Below, piece after piece: positions 61,251 to 64,000 of a DNA stretch of 64,000 nucleotides; position 1 is the stretch's first letter; each line of letters opens with the position of its first letter. Source of the DNA: Macrostomum lignano. Its lineage: Eukaryota. The position numbers were made by a program, and so were the translations under genes. Location of the stretch: contig NIVC01000303.1 of the NCBI GenBank assembly GCA_002269645.1, positions 1 through 64,000 of the forward strand, given 5' to 3'. The notes beneath the pieces were generated by a model. That model searched no databases. It was not told the origin of the DNA and saw only the letters and a program-made list of their open reading frames with translations.

Positions 61251-63160
61251 TAGTGATGGACCGAATGTGGATTTTTGCAAGTTTCCGAAACTGAATCCGA
61301 ATATACAAAAAATTCCGAAGTTGAATCTGAATGTAAGCAAAAAGTAAAAGGTAAACAGTGGGAGTAACTTTGACACTTTGATCTAATTAGTGCCCCACAT
61401 TAATTGACAGACAAGATTCTCTGTCCTGGGCTTATACAATAACTATCTAGTATGGTGAATTGTTACAATCTAACAAATTCTAATTACTAATACTGACTGA
61501 TGTTACATTTGTGCAATTTGATAACTTTACTGTACCATAAGTCATTTGCATTTTGAAAACCAAGTAATGATGAGACTTAAACAATGATTACCCAAAATGT
61601 TTCTGCGACTTTAGTTTTAATGCCCCGAATGTCCCAAAGTTTAGTAACTTTACTTGATATAATTTTTTTCAAATACACATTCAAACAAAAACTGACATAT
61701 GTAAAAATGAACAATATGATATAAAATATTGCATTTTTTGTTTTTTAATTTACTTTCTTACTATAAGTGTGCAGGGCCCCTCCCAATTTCTTTATAAAAT
61801 AGTCACCATTTAGTCAATTTAAATTCACGCCAAAAACTAAGAAACATATTTTGTTTTAACACTCATATTTTCTATAATATTTTGCACTAACGAATTTTTG
61901 TTTAAAACTGTAGCAAATTTTAGTATAAATAGAAGCAATTTCAGTGGAGGAGAGACCAACCTCGCGCATCGTGGTTCCGCAATAAGTAATTGATAGTGAA
62001 TAGTAAGAGTTCCGAGAAAATAAGAATTGAAGAAGTGTTTTCTGTGTTAATTCCTTTTACGAAGTAAGAGTGAAATAGAAGCGTATACAGTACATACTAT
62101 TGAGAAGCAGCAGTATTGAGTAGTAAGAGAATACAAAGTAGATCTGAAGTGATACATGTAAGATAACCAGAGGCTGTGACCATACATGCGCAACCTTGGG
62201 AATCACTCGGCCGTTTCTATTGGCAACACACACATGTAAGTCACTATTAGCTGAGAGCAGTCACGTGACTACTATTCTGTCCAATAGCGACTTTCATGTG
62301 TGTGTTGCCAATAGAAACGGCCGGGTGAATCCCTAGGTTGCGCCCAAGCATGGCTGTGACCCTCTGATATCGGTAACGCCCAAGGACTTGCACAGTACAT
62401 GTAATACATATACCAGTATAGCCAATAGACTACTCAGGCCAAAAGTACAGTAAACGCTATCGGAATCAGAATAAATGCTACCAGCATAACAGAGGAATAA
62501 AATCTATAAGGGCTAACAGTTTTCTAAGAATAATACTCAGACTAAATACTCAGACTAAATACTCAGACCTATTCTAAGAAATATTCTTAGACTTATTCTA
62601 AGATTAATAAACTCATAATTTATTAATAGAATAGTCTTGGTGGCAGCTACCAACATTTATAAAGACAGAAGATTAGCCCTTTGACAACTTGGTGGCAGTG
62701 AGTAAGACTAGAAAAAGAATAATTAAGAGCCCTGGGACAGCTTTTGGTGGCATTTAGTGGGATTAAAATTAATAAAGCAGGAGGTAAAAGCACTGTTACA
62801 GCTTTTGGTGGCTGATCGGAGGGATTTTGTATCGCACAGGAACACCACTATTACAATTTGGTACCAGCAGTGGGATAGCTAAAGAGGGAAACAAACCCCC
62901 TGTTACAACTTTAGTACCAGCGGTGGGATAAGTGACTAGGCAAGGGCTAACAATTAGGAAGACAGAGTGAACAGGCCTATCACAAAAGGTTTATTTCTTT
63001 TTCATTTGCATTTGTTTTAGTTTTTTTATTTTTTTTCATTTTTAGAAGCACATTTGGAAATATTTAAATTTTTTTTCAAATCTAAAACATCCATATTTAC
63101 AAAAAAGTGAGACATTTTTTGGATTCAGATTCTGAATCCAAATATTTGGATTCATCACTA
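61251..63160. mobile_element. Non-autonomous hAT-type DNA transposon, 1910 bp
   Basis: Termini TAGTGATG (61251) and CATCACTA (63153-63160); identical 8-bp flanks ACCTAAAA at 61243-61250 and 63161-63168; GAATCC/GGATTC subterminal repeats at both ends; no transposase ORF. Confidence 0.85.
62165..62370. mobile_element. Fold-back/MITE-like long inverted repeat inside the hAT element
   Basis: 61-bp arms 62188-62248 and 62283-62343 are 56/61 complementary; central palindrome AGTCACGTGACT. Confidence 0.8.
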
Positions 63161-64000
63161 ACCTAAAATATTGATAAATTAAAGGCCTAAATTTCCATGT
63201 TTACTGAATATTGCACTATATATAAACTTAGAGCATTTATGGTTCCTATCTAGTTTATATATGTTTGAGTTATACAAATCCATATTTAGAAATTTTACAA
63301 ATCATTAGATTAATATTCATAAGGATTCTAACAAAATAAAAACCTATATTCAATCTAGAAGAAATGGAAGTGCTAATATGTTGCAACAAAAGTTGGAATA
63401 AGAAAAATAAATTTGTTGGACCACTTAACTCATTCCCAAAAGGATTGCAGTTGCCTGTGAATATGATAAAAGAATGTGATACAAGGTAGTAAAAGAATAT
63501 ATATATTCAGAATATTCAAACATAAATTAATTCAACTAAATATTCTGGTTAAATTAAAATTGGAAAATTGATCATCTAAATACTAAATAGTTGCTTTTAT
63601 ATGGAGCAAAGATTTGGAAAAAAAGAGTTGAGTATTAGTGTTGTGGCTCATAAATAAAGGGAAAAAATTAAAAATGGGACAATATAAGACACATCTTGAG
63701 GAAAGGCATAAGTGCTTGAGCAGTCATTAATCATGTTATGCTCAGATTTGAGGCTTTAGAAGAAATGGAACATTAAGAATCAAGTTTATAGAACATGGAT
63801 TTAGAGGCCCTAATTCCCACAAACTCATAGAGATAGGGTTGGCATTTAGTCTGGGTGCATTTCATTGAACAACAACTAAAGATATAGGCTTATTGGTTAA
63901 GGGCCAAACTTTGAAAATGTTATTTAAACCAAAAATTTTGGCATCCATTTGATTTGGTATGTATTATATACATTTGGTTCTAGAATACATTCTGGCATAT

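Overview
Eukaryotic (animal) genomic DNA with GC-rich spliced exons, AT-rich intergenic DNA and introns filled by private tandem repeats. The landscape suggests a free-living flatworm such as Macrostomum, which is inference only. Six gene models were reconstructed by hand from splice sites and phases: (1) an ankyrin-repeat TRP channel with TRPM-like MHR4/TM/TRP regions, broken by five single-base frameshifts (+, 800-4234); (2) a 7-EC delta-type protocadherin (-, 5 exons, 15174-6201); (3) a whirlin/harmonin-like HHD + single PDZ scaffold (-, 7 exons, 34045-24123); (4) an MPP5/PALS1/Stardust MAGUK (+, 8 exons, 40044-48057); (5) a two-exon gene missed by the ORF track, encoding a 160-aa secreted, extremely Arg/Lys-rich peptide with its own TATA box (+, 52225-52835), which is the most novel-looking item; (6) Nup153 (-, 61077-54467) with five RanBP2 zinc fingers. 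Mobile DNA includes an internally deleted Tc1 element, an RTE-like LINE endonuclease fragment, a CORE-type tRNA SINE and a non-autonomous hAT element with an 8-bp TSD that carries a fold-back insert. About 26 micro/minisatellite arrays generate most of the long spurious ORFs. No rRNA, functional tRNA or CRISPR array is supported.
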